A stretch of DNA of 64,000 nt from Mycolicibacterium sp. (GTDB lineage: Bacteria > Actinomycetota > Actinomycetes > Mycobacteriales > Mycobacteriaceae), in assembly GCF_016462545.1 (NCBI RefSeq), contig NZ_JAEMTA010000004.1, positions 3,125 through 67,124 on the forward strand, in the 5' to 3' direction. Positions 33,551-43,460 of this stretch are shown here, one piece after another. Every line of letters begins with the position of its first letter. Position 1 is the first letter of the stretch. The notes below the pieces were generated by a model. It did no database searches. It was given only the letters and a program-made list of their open reading frames with translations, and was not told the origin of the DNA. The translations under genes were made by a program, and so were the position numbers.

Positions 33551-36427
33551 GTGAATGAAGGGGAAGGCGGCGTGGACGCCTCGGGCACCCCGCAGCACCG
33601 CTACGACGCGGCGCTCGCCGGGAACATCGAACGCACCTGGCAGGAGACGTGGGCACGGTTGGGTACGTTCCACGTGCCCAACCCGGTCGGATCACTCGCG
33701 CCCGCCGACGGCGCGCCCGTTCCCGCGGACAAGATGTTCGTCCAGGACATGTTCCCCTATCCGTCCGGCGAAGGCCTGCACGTCGGACATCCCCTCGGTT
33801 ACATCGCCACCGACGTCTACGCCCGCTACTTCCGGATGACTGGCCGTAACGTCCTGCACGCGTTGGGCTTCGACGCCTTCGGTCTTCCCGCGGAGCAGTA
33901 CGCGGTGCAAACGGGGACGCATCCGCGGACGCGTACCGAGGCCAACATCGTCAACTTCCGCCGTCAGCTCGGCCGGCTCGGGCTGGGGCACGACGCCAGG
34001 CGCAGCTTCTCCACCACGGACACCGACTTCTACAAGTGGACGCAGTGGATCTTCCTGCAGATCTTCGACTCCTGGTTCGATTCGGACGCCAACAAGGCCC
34101 GGCCCATCGGCGAACTCATCGCAGAGTTCGAGTCGGGTGCCCGGGTTCCCGATGGCACACCCTGGTCGGAGCTCTCAGCCGGCGAGCGCGCAGATCTGAT
34201 CGACTCCCACCGCCTGGTGTATCGGGCCGACTCGGTCGTGAACTGGTGCCCCGGGCTGGGCACGGTGCTGGCGAACGAAGAGGTGACCTCGGACGGCCGC
34301 AGTGATCGGGGTAACTTCCCGGTGTTCCGGAAGCGGTTGCGGCAGTGGATGATGCGCATCACTGCGTACTCCGATCGGCTGCTCGACGACCTCGACGTGC
34401 TGGACTGGCCGGACAAGGTCAAGGCGATGCAGCGCAACTGGATCGGCCGCTCCACCGGTGCCGAAGTCCGCTTCGCGACCGCCGTGGGCGACATCGAGGT
34501 GTTCACCACCCGCCCCGACACGCTGTTCGGCGCGACCTACATGGTGCTGGCGCCCGAGCACGATCTGGTCGACGACCTGGTCGCCCCGGCGTGGCCGGAG
34601 GCCACCGACGAGCGGTGGACGTTCGGCGCGGCGACCCCCGCCGAAGCCGTGGCGTCCTACCGCGCGACCGTCGCGGCCAAGTCCGACCTGGAGCGTCAGG
34701 AGAACAAGTCCAAGACCGGCGTCTTCACCGGCGCTTATGCCACGAATCCCGTTGACGGGCAACAGGTCCCGATCTTCATCGCCGACTACGTGCTGGCCGG
34801 TTACGGTACGGGCGCCATCATGGCGGTGCCGGGGCACGACCAGCGCGACTGGGAGTTCGCCACCGCCTTCGGGCTGCCGATCGTGGAGGTGATCTCCCGG
34901 CGGGCAGGAGCGGAGCGGCCCGGGGATGAACCCGGCGGCGACGTCTCGACGGCCGCCTACACCGGCGATGGTCAGCTGGTGAACTCCGGCTACCTCGACG
35001 GGTTGAGCATCGAGTCGGCGAAGGAAGCGGTGACGGCCCATCTGATCGCCGACGGGCGTGGACGGGCCCGCGTCGAATACAAGTTGCGGGACTGGTTGTT
35101 CGCGCGGCAACGGTATTGGGGTGAACCGTTCCCCATCGTCTACGACGCCGACGGTCGCGCCCGCGGACTGCCAGAGTCGGCGCTGCCGGTCGAGTTGCCC
35201 GACATCCCGAACTACGCGCCCGTCCAGTTCGATCCGGACGATGCCGACAGCGAACCCTCGCCGCCGCTGGGCAAGGCGACCGAATGGGTGCACGTCGACC
35301 TCGACCTCGGCGACGGGCTGCAGCCCTACACCCGCGACACCAACGTGATGCCGCAGTGGGCGGGCAGTTCGTGGTACGAGCTGCGCTATGCCGACCCGCA
35401 CAACTCGGAAACCTTCTGCGCCAAGGAGAACGAGGCGTACTGGATGGGCCCGCGCCCGGCCGAGCACGGTGCGGCCGATCCCGGCGGTGTCGACCTGTAC
35501 GTCGGCGGCGTCGAGCACGCCGTGCTGCATCTGCTGTACTCGCGGTTCTGGCACAAGGTGCTCTACGACCTGGGCCACGTGAGCTCCCGCGAGCCCTACC
35601 GACGCCTCGTCAACCAGGGCTACATCCAGGCGTTCGCCTACACGGACGCGCGCGGATCATATGTTCCCGCAGCCGAAGTCGTGGAGCGCGACGGCAAGTT
35701 CTTCTACCAGGACGCCGAGGTCAACCGCGAGTTCGGCAAGATCGGCAAGAGCTTGAAGAACTCGGTCTCACCCGACGAGATCTGCGAGGAGTACGGCGCC
35801 GACACCCTACGCGTCTACGAGATGTCGATGGGTCCGCTAGAGGCGTCCCGGCCGTGGGCGACGAAGGACGTCGTCGGCGCCTACCGGTTCCTGCAGCGGG
35901 TGTGGCGCGTCGTCGTCGACGAGACCACGGGCGCCGAGCGGGTCGCGGAGCACGAACAGCTGACCGAGGCGACGTTGCGGTTGCTCAACAAGACGATCGC
36001 CGGTGTCGCGGAAGACTATGCGGCACTTCGCAACAACACCGCGGCCGCCAAGCTCATCGAGTACACCAACCATCTGACCAAGGAAGACGTGACGGCGCGC
36101 GCCGCCGTCGAGCCCCTGGTGCTGATGGTCGCACCGTTGGCGCCGCATCTGGCCGAGGAGTTGTGGCGCAGGCTCGGGCACGAGTCGTCGCTCGCACACG
36201 GACCCTTCCCGGTCGCCGATCCGGCGTACCTGGTGGAGGACACCGTCGAGTACCCCGTGCAGGTGAACGGCAAGGTCCGCGGTCGGATCACCGTGGCGGC
36301 CGACGCGACCGCCGACGCCGTGGAGGCCGCGGCCCTGGCCGACGAGAAGGTGGTGGCGTTCCTGGCGGGCGCCGCGCCGAAGAAGGTCATCGTCGTCGCG
36401 GGCAAACTGGTCAACGTCGTCCTCTGA
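33551..36427 (+). CDS. leuS: Leucine--tRNA ligase
   Basis: HIGH ([16 protein letters not shown]) and KMSKS-type ([10 protein letters not shown]) motifs, and a CP1 editing domain. Collinear with LeuS throughout. Start at GTG 33551 or GTG 33572. The track ORF starts at 33485. Confidence 0.95.
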   Translation: MNEGEGGVDASGTPQHRYDAALAGNIERTWQETWARLGTFHVPNPVGSLAPADGAPVPADKMFVQDMFPYPSGEGLHVGHPLGYIATDVYARYFRMTGRNVLHALGFDAFGLPAEQYAVQTGTHPRTRTEANIVNFRRQLGRLGLGHDARRSFSTTDTDFYKWTQWIFLQIFDSWFDSDANKARPIGELIAEFESGARVPDGTPWSELSAGERADLIDSHRLVYRADSVVNWCPGLGTVLANEEVTSDGRSDRGNFPVFRKRLRQWMMRITAYSDRLLDDLDVLDWPDKVKAMQRNWIGRSTGAEVRFATAVGDIEVFTTRPDTLFGATYMVLAPEHDLVDDLVAPAWPEATDERWTFGAATPAEAVASYRATVAAKSDLERQENKSKTGVFTGAYATNPVDGQQVPIFIADYVLAGYGTGAIMAVPGHDQRDWEFATAFGLPIVEVISRRAGAERPGDEPGGDVSTAAYTGDGQLVNSGYLDGLSIESAKEAVTAHLIADGRGRARVEYKLRDWLFARQRYWGEPFPIVYDADGRARGLPESALPVELPDIPNYAPVQFDPDDADSEPSPPLGKATEWVHVDLDLGDGLQPYTRDTNVMPQWAGSSWYELRYADPHNSETFCAKENEAYWMGPRPAEHGAADPGGVDLYVGGVEHAVLHLLYSRFWHKVLYDLGHVSSREPYRRLVNQGYIQAFAYTDARGSYVPAAEVVERDGKFFYQDAEVNREFGKIGKSLKNSVSPDEICEEYGADTLRVYEMSMGPLEASRPWATKDVVGAYRFLQRVWRVVVDETTGAERVAEHEQLTEATLRLLNKTIAGVAEDYAALRNNTAAAKLIEYTNHLTKEDVTARAAVEPLVLMVAPLAPHLAEELWRRLGHESSLAHGPFPVADPAYLVEDTVEYPVQVNGKVRGRITVAADATADAVEAAALADEKVVAFLAGAAPKKVIVVAGKLVNVVL

Positions 36428-36432
36428 CAAGC

Positions 36433-36481
36433 GATTTGTGCACGCTCGGTTGCGGTCAGCGCAACCGAGCGTGCACAAATC
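36433..36481. terminator. Bidirectional stem-loop between convergent leuS and amidase genes
   Basis: Perfect 22-bp inverted repeat GATTTGTGCACGCTCGGTTGCG (36433-36454) / CGCAACCGAGCGTGCACAAATC (36460-36481) with a 5-nt loop. No U-tract. The right arm overlaps the amidase stop codon (36480-36482). Confidence 0.7.
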
Positions 36482-38195
36482 ACTCGGGCAGGGGAGGCGT
36501 GCGCGGTGGCGGGGTGCGGCGTGAGCCCGTCGCCTCCACCGCTGCCGCATACCGCAGCAGTGCCACGTCGTCGTAGGCCCGGCCCGCGAACGTCAGGCCC
36601 ACGGGCATGCCGATGTCCGCCAGGGTGCCCATCGGCACGGTGACCGTCGGGATGCCGAGGTGGCGAATCGCCAAGTTGCCGTTGGCCACCCACACTCCGT
36701 TGCGCCAGCCGAGATCTGCTGAGGCCGGGTTGACGTCCATGTCGGCGGGTCCCACGTCCGCGACCGCGGGGAAGATCACGGCGTCCAGGCGCAACCGGTC
36801 CATCCACTCCTCGAGGTCGACTCGCCGTGTGCGCTCCAGCGCGTGCACACCCTCGGGGATGGTCGAGATGGCGAGGAAGGAGTCGATCGGGTTGTCCCGG
36901 ATGAACGCCGGATACTCCGCGATGTCGTCGTCGAAGCCGTCGTACCGATCGGGCAGGGCACCGTCGGGCGGCGGGAAGATCCGGCCGCCGTCGACGTCGG
37001 CGAGCCGATTGAGGGCGGGATCGCCGTTGGCGGCCAGGAAGTCGTCCCACGCCCATGCCGACAGGTCGACGATCTCGCGGCGCAGGTAGTCCGGGCTGAC
37101 CAGCCCCCTGGTGGCGATGGTCGGCGCGCCGGCCCGGTCGCCCTCGTAGTTGGTGACGACGGGGAAGTCGACGTCGATCACCTCGGCGCCCGCGGCGAGC
37201 AGGTCGTGGCGCACGGCGTCGAACAGATCGAGCACAGACGGTCGGGTGTCGATGCGCCGTCCGGTGGGTCCGCCGATTCCCGTGGCCCCGACACCTGCGT
37301 CGGGATCGGCGTTGACGTACATCCGCGGTACTCCGAAGCGCCGTCCGGTCAGGTCGCGGCGGGCCCGGTCGGGATCTGGCCCCGTGAGCGATCGGTACGA
37401 CGGCGGCCGCACCTCCTCGACGCGGGGGATCGGCACCCATGGCTGCAGCCGCCAGAAGTCACCGCGGGCATCGGGGTCGTCGGCGACGATGACGTCGAGG
37501 ACCTCCAGCAGGTCGGCCATCGACCGGGTATGCGGCACGACCACGTCCATGGTCGGGACCAAGGGCCAGCCACCGCGCGTGGAGATGATGCCGCGCGACG
37601 GCGTGTAGGCGCACAGTGCGTTGTTCGACGCCGGGCCGCGGCCCGAGGACCAGGTCTCCTCGCCGATCCCGAAGGCGCAGAACGACGCCGCCGTCGCCGT
37701 GCCGGAGCCGTTCGACGAACCAGAGGCGAATGGCGCGGTGAGATAGGTTGCCTGATAGGGGCTTTCGGCGCGGCCGTACACTCCGCGCTGCATGCCACCG
37801 TTGGCCATGGGCGGCATGTTCGTCAACCCGATCAGGACCGCTCCGGCCGCGCGCAGCCGTCCGATGACGAACGAGTCGCGCTGGGCCACCAACTCCGCGA
37901 AGGCGGGGCTGCCCGCCGCCACGGTCAGACCGCGAACGAGGTAACTGTCCTTGGCCGTGTACGGGATGCCGTCCAGCGGACCGTAGGTGTGCCCCGCCGC
38001 ACGCCGGGCATCGGACGCCTCGGCGTCGGCCCGTGCTTCTGGGTTGGGCACCACGATGGCGTTCAGCTCACCGTCGAAGGTGGCGATGCGGGCGAGATAG
38101 CGCTCGAGGAGCCCGACTGCAGTCACCGCCCCGCTCTCCATGGCGGCACGCAGCTCTGCGATCGTCGCTTCGTGGACCTCGAATTCGCGGGGCAT
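36480..38195 (-). CDS. Amidase-signature family amidase
   Basis: 571 aa from ATG 38195 (MPREFEVHEATIAELRAAM...). AS-family core GIPYTAKD...GSSNGSG. The upstream 130 codons of the track ORF are antisense junk. Confidence 0.85.
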   Translation of the reverse strand: MPREFEVHEATIAELRAAMESGAVTAVGLLERYLARIATFDGELNAIVVPNPEARADAEASDARRAAGHTYGPLDGIPYTAKDSYLVRGLTVAAGSPAFAELVAQRDSFVIGRLRAAGAVLIGLTNMPPMANGGMQRGVYGRAESPYQATYLTAPFASGSSNGSGTATAASFCAFGIGEETWSSGRGPASNNALCAYTPSRGIISTRGGWPLVPTMDVVVPHTRSMADLLEVLDVIVADDPDARGDFWRLQPWVPIPRVEEVRPPSYRSLTGPDPDRARRDLTGRRFGVPRMYVNADPDAGVGATGIGGPTGRRIDTRPSVLDLFDAVRHDLLAAGAEVIDVDFPVVTNYEGDRAGAPTIATRGLVSPDYLRREIVDLSAWAWDDFLAANGDPALNRLADVDGGRIFPPPDGALPDRYDGFDDDIAEYPAFIRDNPIDSFLAISTIPEGVHALERTRRVDLEEWMDRLRLDAVIFPAVADVGPADMDVNPASADLGWRNGVWVANGNLAIRHLGIPTVTVPMGTLADIGMPVGLTFAGRAYDDVALLRYAAAVEATGSRRTPPPRTPPLPE

Positions 38196-38200
38196 CGCGG

Positions 38201-38866
38201 CTACCGGGGCCGGACGACGATCTCGCGCATGTGCGCATCGGGTGGCGTGGCGACTGCCTGGGCGACCACCGCTGCCACCGTGCGAGGCGACAGGAACTGC
38301 TCGGCCACGTAATCCCGCTCCTCGTAGGCGATCAGGTCGCGTTGCATCTCCGTGTCGATGCGACCGGGGTGTACCGACGTCACGCGCAGGGTGGGCTCGT
38401 CGTTGCGCAGTGAGTCCGCGAACGAGCGCAGCGCGGCCTTGCTCGCCGAGTAGGACGCCAACCCGGGTGAGGCGTTGATCCCGGCGCCCGAGTTGACGAA
38501 GATGACCTGTCCGCGCGCGCTGCGCAGGGCGGGCAGCAGCGCCAGGGTCAGCGCGACCGCTCCGGTGACGTTCACCTCGAAGGTCGCCCGCCACTCGTCG
38601 GCGCTGGATTCGGCCACCCGCCCGGGGTAGGCGACCCCGGCGTTGTGGATCAGCACGTCGAGGTCGGTCAGCACCTCCGCGGCGGCCTCGATCGAGTCGG
38701 CGTCGGCGAGGTCCAGTGGCCAGGTCGGAGCGCCGAGGCGCGCGGCGAGGGCGTCGAGGCGGTCGGACGGTCGGCCCGCCAGCAGCAGAGTGTGGGTGGG
38801 GGCCAGCGCCTCGGCGATGGCCGAACCCAGCCCGCCGGCGGCGCCCGTGATCATGGCTGATCGCAT
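38201..38866 (-). CDS. Short-chain dehydrogenase/reductase (SDR)
   Basis: 221 aa from ATG 38866. Cofactor motif ITGAAGGLG, NAG, and catalytic SYSASKAAL. Only the 3' third of track ORF 38201..39976. Stop lies 5 nt before the amidase start (operon). Confidence 0.85.
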   Translation of the reverse strand: MRSAMITGAAGGLGSAIAEALAPTHTLLLAGRPSDRLDALAARLGAPTWPLDLADADSIEAAAEVLTDLDVLIHNAGVAYPGRVAESSADEWRATFEVNVTGAVALTLALLPALRSARGQVIFVNSGAGINASPGLASYSASKAALRSFADSLRNDEPTLRVTSVHPGRIDTEMQRDLIAYEERDYVAEQFLSPRTVAAVVAQAVATPPDAHMREIVVRPR

Positions 38867-38908
38867 GCGGGCAACCCTACCGACCTGCGCGCCTGCCTCC
38901 GGCGTCGC

Positions 38909-40261
38909 ATGATTGTTCCGATGCCACCCGATTCGAGCTTCGCGCCCACTCAGCTGGCGGCCCGCGCCGCGTACCTGTTGCGTGGCAATGACCTGGGCGT
39001 GATGACCACCGCCGCCCCCCTGCTGTACCCGCACATGTGGAGTTGGGACGCGGCGTTCGTCTCGATCGGCCTGGCGCCGCTGAGTGTCGAGCGCGCCGTG
39101 GTGGAGCTCGACACGCTGTTGTCGGCCCAGTGGGGCAACGGGATGATCCCGCACATCGTCTTCGCCAACGGGGTCGACGGCTACTTCCCCGGTCCCGCCC
39201 GGTGGGCGACGTCGGCGCTGGCGGCCAACGCGCCCCGCAGCAGGCAAACGTCCGGAATCACGCAGCCACCGGTCCACGCGATCGCCGTGCAACGCATCCT
39301 CGATCACGCCCGCACCAGGGGACGTTCCACGCGGGCGGTGGCCGAGGCGTTCCTCGACCGCCGCTGGGGTGATCTGGTGCGGTGGCACCGGTGGTTGGCC
39401 GAGGCGCGCGACCCGGATTCGCGTGGGCGCGTCACGATGTATCACGGCTGGGAGTCCGGCATGGACAACTCGCCGCGGTGGGATGCCGCCTACGCCAACG
39501 TGGTTCCCGGCGTCATGCCGGAGTACCAACGCGAGGACAACACGGTCGTGACCGATGCGTCGCAGCGACCGTCGGACCTCGAGTACGACCGCTACATGTG
39601 GCTGGTCGAGGAGATGAAGTCGGTCAACTACGACGACAAGCTCCTTCCCAAGGTGATGAGCTTCGCGGTGGAGGACGTGTTCGTCTCCGCCATCCTCTCG
39701 GTCGCGTGCACCGTGCTGGCCGAGATCGGCGAGGACTACAAGCGTCCGCACGCCGACGTACGCGACCTCTACGGATGGGCCGAGCGCTTCCGCGCGGGCG
39801 TCGTCGATGCGACCGACGAACGTACCGGCGCGGCAAGGGATTACGACTTGCGCGCGAAGAAGTGGATCGCGACGGAGACGGTGGCGCAGTTCTCGCCGCT
39901 GCTGTGCGGAGGCCTCTCGCACGACCGGGAGCGCACGCTGCTGCGACTGCTGGAGGGTCCCCGGTTCTGCGGACACCCCGACCTCAAGTACTCCCTGATT
40001 CCCTCGACCTCGCCGGTGTCACGCGACTTCCGGGCTCGCGAGTACTGGCGCGGACCAGTATGGCCGGTGGTGACGTGGCTGTTCTCCTGGTGCTTCGCCC
40101 GCCGCGGCTGGGCGGAGCGTTCGTCGAGTCTGCGTCGCGAAGGATTGCGACAGGCCAGCGACGGCACGTTCGCCGAATACTACGAGCCGTTCACGGGAGA
40201 GCCGCTCGGCAGCATGCAACAGTCGTGGACCGCTGCGGCAGTTCTGGATTGGCTCGGCTGA
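38909..40261 (+). CDS. GH63-like (alpha/alpha)6 glycoside hydrolase, glucosylglycerate/mannosylglycerate hydrolase-like
   Basis: 450 aa. Motifs HMWSWDAAF, GITQPP, YHGWESGMDNSPRWD, and YYEPFTGEPLG...QSWTAA resemble the MGH/GgH family. Assignment from memory, not searched. Confidence 0.7.
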   Translation: MIVPMPPDSSFAPTQLAARAAYLLRGNDLGVMTTAAPLLYPHMWSWDAAFVSIGLAPLSVERAVVELDTLLSAQWGNGMIPHIVFANGVDGYFPGPARWATSALAANAPRSRQTSGITQPPVHAIAVQRILDHARTRGRSTRAVAEAFLDRRWGDLVRWHRWLAEARDPDSRGRVTMYHGWESGMDNSPRWDAAYANVVPGVMPEYQREDNTVVTDASQRPSDLEYDRYMWLVEEMKSVNYDDKLLPKVMSFAVEDVFVSAILSVACTVLAEIGEDYKRPHADVRDLYGWAERFRAGVVDATDERTGAARDYDLRAKKWIATETVAQFSPLLCGGLSHDRERTLLRLLEGPRFCGHPDLKYSLIPSTSPVSRDFRAREYWRGPVWPVVTWLFSWCFARRGWAERSSSLRREGLRQASDGTFAEYYEPFTGEPLGSMQQSWTAAAVLDWLG

Positions 40262-40279
40262 ATCGGAGCAGTGCGCTGG

Positions 40280-40744
40280 CTACGCGTCTTGTTCGGCCAA
40301 ACGGGCAAGCGGCGCAAGGGCTTTGGTGAGCGTCTCGCGTTCGTCCTCGCTGAGCTTGCTCAGCAATGCGGCCAGGGCGGCGCGCCTGGTGGCCAACGCT
40401 TCCCGATGCTGAACCAGTCCGCGCGGTGTGACGTCGACCAGGACGGCGCGCAGATCGGAGGGATCGCGAGACCGCTTCACCAGACCAAGTTTCTCGAGCC
40501 TGCGAATCGCGACGGTGGTCGTCGGCGTCCGCACCCGCTCGTGGGCGGCGAGCTCGGTCATCCGGATCGGGCCCAGGTCCAGCAGCGTCAAGAGGATGGA
40601 CAGCTGGGCCAGGGTCAGGTCGGCCCCGCCTTCGGGTGCGTTGCGGTTGGAGGAGTCAGTCCGGCGCAGCACGGAGAAGAGCTTGGAGAGCACCTGCTGC
40701 AGCTCTCCGGCCAGCTCAGTGACCTGCGGTTCGGTCTCTACCAT
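40280..40744 (-). CDS. MarR family transcriptional regulator (Rv0042c-like)
   Basis: 154 aa. Winged-helix region LTLAQLSILLTLLDLGPIRMTELAAHERVRTPTTTVAIRRLEKLGLVKRSRDPSDLR. Confidence 0.85.
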   Translation of the reverse strand: MVETEPQVTELAGELQQVLSKLFSVLRRTDSSNRNAPEGGADLTLAQLSILLTLLDLGPIRMTELAAHERVRTPTTTVAIRRLEKLGLVKRSRDPSDLRAVLVDVTPRGLVQHREALATRRAALAALLSKLSEDERETLTKALAPLARLAEQDA

Positions 40745-40841
40745 AATTCGCTAGTCTAACCTGTCACCGTCTGTCAGAACCTCGACATGCGGCGTTTTCA
40801 TCGAACTGACGCGGATCGCCACCTGGCGGTCACCGCCAGTT

Positions 40842-41588
40842 TCACAGCACCTGCGACAGAAACTGGCGCAGCCGATCGGTTTCGGCGTTCTCGAAAACCC
40901 GCTCGGGTGGTCCGGTTTCGACGACCTTGCCGTGATCCATGAAGACGACCGCGTTGGCGGCGGACCGAGCGAACCCCATCTCGTGGGTCACGACGACCAT
41001 CGTCATGCCGTCCTCGCCGAGTTCGGCGATCAGTGCCAGGATGCCCTTGACCAGTTCGGGGTCCAGGGCCGAGGTGGCTTCGTCGAAGAACATCACCTGG
41101 GGCGCCATCGCGAGGGCCCGCGCGATCGCGACCCGCTGCTGCTGACCTCCGGACAGGGTGTGTGGTCGGACATCGGCCTTGTGCCGCAACCCCACTCGCT
41201 CCAGTCGTTCCAGGCCGAGCTCACGGGCCGCCTCGGCGGAGAGGTTCTTGAGCTTGCGAGGCCCCAGGGTGACGTTGTCGAGCACGCTCTTGTGCGGAAA
41301 CAGGTTGAACTGCTGGAACACCATGCCGATGCGCTGGCGCAGCTCGTCGGGATTGTCCTTCAACACCGACCGTCCGTCGAGCAGGATGTCGCCGCGGTCG
41401 GGTTCGTAGAGCCTGTTCAACGCCCGAAGCAGGGTGGACTTGCCCGATCCCGACGGTCCGATCACGGCCGTGGTGGTGCCGGCAGGGACGTCGAGGTCGA
41501 CTCCCCGCAGCACCGCGTTCAGACCGAACGAGAGATGAATGTCGTTGCCTGCCAGCGAAACCGGCTCGAACTTGGTGGGGGCGCTCAC
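40842..41588 (-). CDS. Polar amino acid ABC transporter ATP-binding protein
   Basis: 248 aa. Walker A GPSGSGKST, signature LSGGQQQRVAIARAL, Walker B MFFDEATSALD. Overlaps the upstream permease gene by 4 nt. Confidence 0.92.
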   Translation of the reverse strand: MSAPTKFEPVSLAGNDIHLSFGLNAVLRGVDLDVPAGTTTAVIGPSGSGKSTLLRALNRLYEPDRGDILLDGRSVLKDNPDELRQRIGMVFQQFNLFPHKSVLDNVTLGPRKLKNLSAEAARELGLERLERVGLRHKADVRPHTLSGGQQQRVAIARALAMAPQVMFFDEATSALDPELVKGILALIAELGEDGMTMVVVTHEMGFARSAANAVVFMDHGKVVETGPPERVFENAETDRLRQFLSQVL

Positions 41589-43369
41589 ACCATCTCCTGG
41601 GTCGAGGCGGGACTGGCCGGGTCAGCGGAGTCGGCGACGGTTCTGCCGCGCCGAAGCCGGGTGTCGATGTAGTTGACCAGGTGCGTGAGGGGGATGGTCA
41701 GGGCAAGGTAGAACAGCCCGGCCGCGACCAGCGGCGACAGATTTCCGGTCTGCGCGTTCAGGTCACGGCCCACTTGGAAGAGCTCGCGCTGGCTGGCGAT
41801 CAGGCCCAGGAAGTACACCAGCGACGACGCCTTGAGAAGCGAGATGAACTGGTTGACCAGAGCCGGCAGCACTCGGCGAATGCCTTGTGGCACAACGATC
41901 AGTCGCATCGACCGGGAGTAGCTGAACCCGAGGGCACGCGAGGCCTCCAACTGTCCGGCCTCGACGCTCTGGATACCCGAGCGGAGGATCTCGCCGATGT
42001 ACGCAGCCGCCATCAATCCGAGTGCCGCAATGCCGAGCGGGTAGGGGTTGTTTCCGGTCAGTCCGCCCACGATCGGTCCGACACCCAAGCCGATGATCAG
42101 AATGATCACCACCTCGGGCAGGCCGCGGAACACGTCGGTGTACACGCGCGCCGGCCACCGCAGCCAGCGGGACCCGGAGATCCCCGCGACGGCCAACCCC
42201 AACCCCAGCACCAGGCCGATGACGGCGGCGCTGACGGTGAGGATCAGGGTGTTGGGCAGGCCCGTCGTGAAGAGATCCGGGATGGCCTTCTTGTACAGCT
42301 CCCAGTCCAGGAAGGAGTCCCGCAGTTGTGTCAGAGTCGATTTCGGAGCGACGGCGGAGTTGTCCGCCGTCGGTGCCTTCTTGGCGGCGATCGCAGCGAA
42401 GTCGGGCAGCTGGGGTGCCGGTGCGGCTTTCGAGCCTGGTTTCCAGCCGGGCGGCAAGGCACGTGGCACCCAGTCGGAGTAGAGCTTCGACCACGTGCCG
42501 TCGGCGATGACTGCGTCGAGCCCGGCATTGAGGGCGTCGATGAGCGGCTCGTTCTCCTTGGCCACCGCCCACGCCACGAAGTTGTCCAGGCTGAAGGTGT
42601 TCTCGACGATGACCGCGGGGTCGCCGGGTTGTACGGTGCCGACGGCCTGCTGGGAGGGCGCCACCCAGGCGTCGAGTTGTCGGGTCTTCAGGCTGGCGTA
42701 GAGAGTGTTGTAGTCCGGGAACTTCACCGGGTCCAGGCCGAGGGTGTCGACGACGTAGGCCTCCTGCACGGTGCCCTGCACCACGCCGATGCGTTGCCCG
42801 GCGGCCAGCTTCTCGAAGCCGGTGATCGGCGAGCCGGGCGGAACGACCAGTGAGAAGTAACCGAAGTCGTAGCCGTTGGTGAAGCCGACGGTCTGGCGGC
42901 GCGCGTCGGTCGTGGTGATCGACGACGAGCCGACGTCGAAGCGTCGCGACGCGACCTGCGCGAGCAGGCCGGAGAAGTCCGTGCCGACGAAGTTGACCTT
43001 CAGTCCGAGTTTGTCGGCGACGGCGCGGAGCAACTCGTTGTCGAAGCCGGTGAACTGGCCCGCCGAGTTGATGCAGATGCTCGGTGGCGCGTCGGACAGC
43101 GTGCCGACGGTCAGTACGCCGGGGGTGCCGAGGCTCAGCGCGTTGAGGTCCACGGGGAGCGGCTCGACGCCCGGGGTCGTGTACTTGTCGGCGCCCGGCC
43201 CCTGCGCCGCCGAGGCGAGGTTGGTGGGCAACGCGCTCGCGCTCTCGATCCCGGGGGGTGCGCACTGGTCGCCGTCCGCGTTCGCTGCCGGTGCCAACCC
43301 CAGCATCGTGACGAGGACGGCGACCAGTACGACGACGACGCCCTTGTACATTCGCTCGGCGGTCATCAA
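41585..43369 (-). CDS. Fused amino-acid ABC substrate-binding protein / permease
   Basis: 594 aa. Signal peptide, an SBP_bac_3-like domain (GFDNELLRAVADKLGLKVNFVGTDFSGLL), then a His/Glu/Gln-type permease domain with an EAA-like loop (VEAGQLEASRALGFSYSRSMRLIVVPQGIR). Confidence 0.88.
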   Translation of the reverse strand: MMTAERMYKGVVVVLVAVLVTMLGLAPAANADGDQCAPPGIESASALPTNLASAAQGPGADKYTTPGVEPLPVDLNALSLGTPGVLTVGTLSDAPPSICINSAGQFTGFDNELLRAVADKLGLKVNFVGTDFSGLLAQVASRRFDVGSSSITTTDARRQTVGFTNGYDFGYFSLVVPPGSPITGFEKLAAGQRIGVVQGTVQEAYVVDTLGLDPVKFPDYNTLYASLKTRQLDAWVAPSQQAVGTVQPGDPAVIVENTFSLDNFVAWAVAKENEPLIDALNAGLDAVIADGTWSKLYSDWVPRALPPGWKPGSKAAPAPQLPDFAAIAAKKAPTADNSAVAPKSTLTQLRDSFLDWELYKKAIPDLFTTGLPNTLILTVSAAVIGLVLGLGLAVAGISGSRWLRWPARVYTDVFRGLPEVVIILIIGLGVGPIVGGLTGNNPYPLGIAALGLMAAAYIGEILRSGIQSVEAGQLEASRALGFSYSRSMRLIVVPQGIRRVLPALVNQFISLLKASSLVYFLGLIASQRELFQVGRDLNAQTGNLSPLVAAGLFYLALTIPLTHLVNYIDTRLRRGRTVADSADPASPASTQEMV

Positions 43370-43460
43370 CGCAACCTAGCGTTCGCGGACCTGGGTGCGA
43401 GCAGTTGGGCTCATTCAGAACACAACCGGGACCCGGCAGCTCGGCATGGTCAGCCAGGGA

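Noticed and set aside
33655-33680. GTTCCACGTG half-site as another parS
   Set aside because: Only the left half matches (GTTCCACGTGCCCA) and the right half diverges completely. It lies inside leuS.
34175-35578. 467-aa minus-strand ORF inside leuS
   Set aside because: It is antisense to a collinear, full-length leuS and has no motifs.
36016-38312. Overlapping 474-aa (minus) and 489-aa (plus) ORFs around the amidase gene
   Set aside because: They are wrong-frame or antisense relative to the amidase-signature protein. Both are Arg/Gly/Pro-rich.
38867-39976. Upstream 370 codons of the 591-aa minus-strand track ORF
   Set aside because: Only the last 221 codons are SDR-like (TGAAGGLG onwards). 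The rest is antisense to the GH63-like gene.
40745-40790. TAGACT -10-like hexamer 8 nt upstream of the MarR ATG plus a CTGTCA-N4-CTGTCA direct repeat (leaderless promoter/operator)
   Set aside because: Plausible but weak. The spacing is 1-2 nt longer than ideal for a leaderless start, and the repeat is short. Not reported as a feature without TSS data.
41681-43265. 390-aa plus-strand and 500-aa minus-strand alternative ORFs over the ABC permease gene
   Set aside because: The frame encoding the SBP-permease fusion has clear signal peptide, SBP and EAA-loop features. The alternatives are compositional junk.
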